DNA of 55,196 nt, the filler included, from Blastocystis sp. subtype 4 (Eukaryota): NCBI RefSeq assembly GCF_000743755.1. It is 2 parts of 2 records of this genome, joined end to end, with 100 filler letters (N's around TTAATTAATTAA, not from the genome) between each part and the next. Parts side by side here need not be neighbours in the genome. Positions count along the whole stretch, not along the records: positions 27,324 to 55,196 come from NW_014569402.1; 1 more part is not named here. One strand, 5' to 3'. The number at the start of each line of letters is the position of its first letter. Within the stretch, counting starts at the first letter, position 1. The translations under genes were made by a program, and so were the position numbers. Positions 51,601 to 55,196 of this stretch are shown here, piece after piece. The notes beneath the pieces are model-generated. The model did not search any database and was not told the origin of the DNA. It was given only the letters and a program-made list of their open reading frames with translations.

Positions 51601-52848
51601 TCAAATGATGTATCGATGGGTAAACACTCATCAACTTCCTCTTCGAAAGAAATCACCTCAAGTTCTCTCTCTACTGTCTTTGCTTTTTGGTGCTTCTGAA
51701 TATGATCCAGAGAAGGTCATTTGGAATCCAGAACGTGAGTATGGTGGTTTCCGAGTTCTTCTTGAAGGGCAAGGAACAAGAAACTTCCAGGAAATTGCTG
51801 AGGATCTATCTGAAGAAAATGAATTTGATATGGACACTCCTAGTAGGTCAGAGTGAGAGATCTGAGAATAAGTCCCTTCTTCTAAGCAATCTGTTGACCC
51901 AGGTGCTATTCTCAATGCATCAACAGAGAAAGTTCGCTGTGTAACTCGTTGTAGTGTAGTGACTGTGGATAAGAAAGAATTGAAGAGATTGTGTATGATG
52001 ATTCGATGGCCTTTCTTTGGCTATGGGATCCGTATTCCTTCTATGGATGTGTGAAAACTAGAGTATGAAAAAGAGAAAGAGTGTCAATGGGATTCAATCC
52101 TAGGTCTCCAAGTATGTGTGTGTGAGTGTGATGGATTGCGAACTCGAAAGTTTTGTTGCTCTTTTTACTTAACCATAGCTTGGTCCATATCCACCTTCAA
52201 GGTATCAATCGCTATTCTCAGCCCATTCCCGTGGAATCATTCTTCACACGAGATATTCGTTCACCGTATCGCTGGAATGAGAATTTCCGTTTGGGTGATG
52301 GTCCACTGGGCCTGACAGAATTAACAGGACTCTGTGTGAGTATTGAGATGGTTGGAAATGAAAGGATTTCGGAACAAATCATTCCTCTGGATTCTCTCTG
52401 TGAAGATTTGAAGGAAAAAGGAACAACTCGTCGTGATCTGAATTTCTCACAGGGATGTGTAGGAACAATGAACTGAGTGCCATTTTTAGAAACTTGTTCT
52501 ACTATTTCGAGGACTCTCTGCTGAGGCAATGGCAATTCCTTTGGAGGGTAGAGAATATCGTGTTGTGATAATCTAGACTATGTCTTTGAGAGTATCTCTG
52601 TTGTGTCGTCAACAAATCTGTTATCTCCTCTTAGAGTAACTGAGAAACGAGAAGAAGACATGTTACACTTTGCTCCAGAGAAACCACAAAAGCCTCCCCG
52701 TCCCCAGAAACCCAAACCATTACCTCCTCGTCCAACTTCTGGAGTTTTACCATTGTATCCTAAGGAATCAACAGTGAAACCACCACTTCCAGTAAAACCA
52801 GTGCCACCTCCAAAGCCTGTGAAGCCAAAAGAATCTTATAATTGGTAA
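48652..52848 (+). CDS. PH + inositol polyphosphate 5-phosphatase + CNB-like domains + C2-like + Pro-rich tail
   Basis: PH (KAGQLLKKG...EWFYAI); IPPc motifs GTWNM, IGVQEC, NKGGV, CHLAAD, MGDFNYR, FPPTYK, RTPS|YTDRI, SDHTPV; CNB-like LIRGEV...GEWFG; Pro-rich end. Confidence 0.85.
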
Positions 52849-52896
52849 TGAAAGGTGTTTGAAGAAAACAGAGATACTATTGTAACAGAAAAAAGG

Positions 52897-53377
52897 CTAC
52901 TCAAGGTCAGAGTCTCGAAGAGAACTATGAACGTATGCACTAGAGTAAGAGTCTTAATCCCAAAAGTACCGTCCAATTGCACCAATCCATTCATCTCTCT
53001 CCTTTTCAGAATTAGCATACATATAATATGTCTCATTCATGGTTGTCACTTCCAAGCTGTATCTACAAGAATCACTTAACCAAACCAAACCAACTTCTTC
53101 TTTGTCTTATCATCTGCAGATTTGACCGTTTGGCACTTCGACAGATCGATCATTCCGTGAGGAGGAACCTACACCAATCAGAAGAACAAAAACACTTCTA
53201 ACATCTTTACTCTTCGCAAAATACAGTTTATCACCTTTCAAAATGAAATATCGCCTTCTCCAAGTCTTTAGCCATGCGCCTACACATTATGCTACCTGCA
53301 AACTAAAAACTCCTTTTTGTAAGATAACCAGTAAACTCTGGATGAGAAAGATTTACGTCAACAAATATCTTAGGCAT
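52897..53377 (-). CDS. Small stand-alone PH-domain protein
   Basis: FTGYLTKR|..WLKTWRRRYFILKGDKLYFAK...PHGMIDLSKCQTVKSAD...YYMYANSEKERDEWIGAIGR; missed by ORF track because of introns. Confidence 0.9.
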
Positions 53378-53912
53378 ATCTTTCTAATTGAATGAGATTT
53401 CCTAGAATGGAGAAAATCATGTGATTATTAGTCATTCCATAAATTTATCCTATTTTGGATAACGGCAAAAGTGGATGAATACTGGTATTCGAGGAAAAAG
53501 AATACTAAAGGATATTAGATAGGTTATGGAATCAACTGCGAACGGAAAAGAAAGAAAACGAAAAGAAGTACAAAATAGGTTGTAAACATCTATTCTAATG
53601 CATATTTCAGTGAGCACAATTAATATAAACTATGAACGTGAATTGTGTTTCGATGATGACGAAAGCACATTCTTCTACCAAATGAATCATTAAGGTCCCA
53701 CATTAAACATTATCCATGTAGAATCAACCAAGGCATGTATATAAAGAATGGATTTTGAACTAATGAGAGGGATAACTACTACTCAACGTGAGAACCATGA
53801 AAACAAAATTCAATTATAAAGGTACATATACACAGAATCATGCGTCATCAAAGGGGAATTGCTCGGGGTTTGAGTAACAATTCGATTGTCGTCTTTGCAG
53901 AATTAACTTGGT

Positions 53913-55196
53913 ATGCGTTTTTCTACTGTTCTTCTTACATTGGCAGCACTTGGTCTTGCTGCTTCCGTATGTCTTTTTGGGATAACGGTTACGATTTAGG
54001 CTCCTAAGGTAAAGGCTTCTCTGTACTATGAGGTGTTCTGCCCTGGTTGCGAATATTTCATTACTAAGGAACTTGTTCCTTTCCATGAGACTGAGGATTT
54101 GATGGCCATTACTGACCTTGAACTCGTTCCTTATGGTAATGCTCATGTTCTTACTCGTGATCCTCCTACCTTCAAGTGCCAGCATGGTGATGATGAATGT
54201 TATGGTAACTGGGTTGAGTTGTGTACTCAGAAGCATTTCACTGAACAATGGTGGCAATTCATTGTTTGTGAAGAGACTTCTCCTGATTTCTCTGATGATG
54301 GCATCAAGAAGTGTGCTGAAGAAGCTAACATTGATGCTTCTGTAATTCTCGAGTGTGCTAAGGGAACTGAGGGTCCTCTTCTTCATTTGGAGGCTGCTGA
54401 TAAGACTCCTGCTGATCACAAATGGGTTCCTTGGGTGGTTGTTGACGGTAAGGTGATGGGTGAATCTGATGACTTCATTACTATGGTTTGTGATGCTTAC
54501 ACTGGTGAGAAGCCTGCTTCTTGCAAGAAGACTCTGGCTGCTCCTAAGGTGAAGGCTTCTCTGTACTATGAAGCCTACTGTCCTGGATGTGAGGAGTTCA
54601 TCACTGGAGAGCTCAATGAGTTCCACAGCCATGAAGACCTGATGGCCATTACTGACCTTGAACTCGTTCCTTATGGTAACGCTTACGTCATTACTCGTGA
54701 TCCTCCTACCTTCAAGTGCCAGCATGGTGATAAGGAGTGTTATGGTAACTGGGTTGAGTTGTGCGCTCAGAAGCATTTCACTGAACAATGGTGGCAATTC
54801 ATTATCTGCGAGGAGATTTCTCCTGATTTCTCTGATGATGGCATCAAGAAGTGTGCTGAAGAAGCTAACATTGATGCTTCTGTGATTCTCGAGTGTGCTA
54901 AGGGAACTGAGGGTCCTCTTCTTCACTTGGAGGCTGCTGATAAGACTCCTGCTGATCACAAATGGGTTCCTTGGGTGGTTGTTGACGGTAAGGTGATGGG
55001 TGAGTCTGATCTGTTCTTGGATATGGTTTGTGATGCTTACACTGGTGAGAAGCCTGCTTCTTGCAAGAAGACTCTGGCTGCTCCTAAGGTGAAGGTCTCT
55101 CTGTACTATGAGGTGTTCTGCCCTGGTTGCGAATATTTCATTACTAAGGAACTTGTTCCTTTCCATGAGACTGAGGATTTGATGGCCATTACTGAC
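53913..55196 (+). CDS. Secreted multi-domain GILT (gamma-interferon-inducible lysosomal thiol reductase family) protein; continues past window end
   Basis: Signal peptide MRFSTVLLTLAALGLAAS, intron 53967-53999, then LYYExxCPGC, LVPYGNA, CQHGDxECYGNWVELC, WVPWVVVDG repeated in one open frame. Confidence 0.93.
54000..55196 (+). repeat. 540-bp tandem repeat (two full units plus start of a third)
   Basis: Units start at 54000, 54540 and 55080 (GCTCCTAAGGT); near-identical except around the active-site region. Confidence 0.97.

Noticed and set aside
53838..55166. 442-aa minus-strand ORF with an internal repeat
   Set aside because: Antisense shadow of the codon-biased GILT repeat; the plus strand has the signal peptide, intron and family motifs
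1..55196. Fragmented ORFs as pseudogenes or an alternative genetic code
   Set aside because: Wherever checked, breaks are explained by ~30-nt GT-AG introns that restore conserved frames under the standard code

Overview
Eukaryotic nuclear DNA, very gene-dense (about 35 protein-coding genes in 55 kb), with many ~29-35 nt GT-AG introns and a TGTTTGTT motif at gene 3' ends. Together these point to the gut stramenopile Blastocystis (an inference from these hallmarks). Gene models were spliced by eye, so boundaries are approximate. Housekeeping genes: RPS11, ubiquitin-like-RPS30, RPL23, HSP90, LeuRS, phage-type mitochondrial RNA polymerase, CIA30, MED6, TFIIE-alpha, a cyclin, TRAPPC11-like, RecQ4-like. 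Most notable observations: (1) a secreted protein built from at least three tandem 540-bp GILT thiol-reductase units with alternating active-site variants; (2) six genes whose stop codon appears to be completed by poly(A), including convergent pairs with back-to-back or palindromic 3'-end signals; (3) a Frizzled-CRD/EGF-like ABCG protein with every ATPase motif degenerate; (4) a PH / inositol 5-phosphatase / cyclic-nucleotide-binding-like / C2 protein; (5) a GT41 OGT with a signal peptide; (6) a ZIP9-like protein lacking its metal ligands; (7) two bacterial-type enzymes that carry introns. No rRNA, tRNA, CRISPR array or mobile element was recognised. Two assembly gaps are present.
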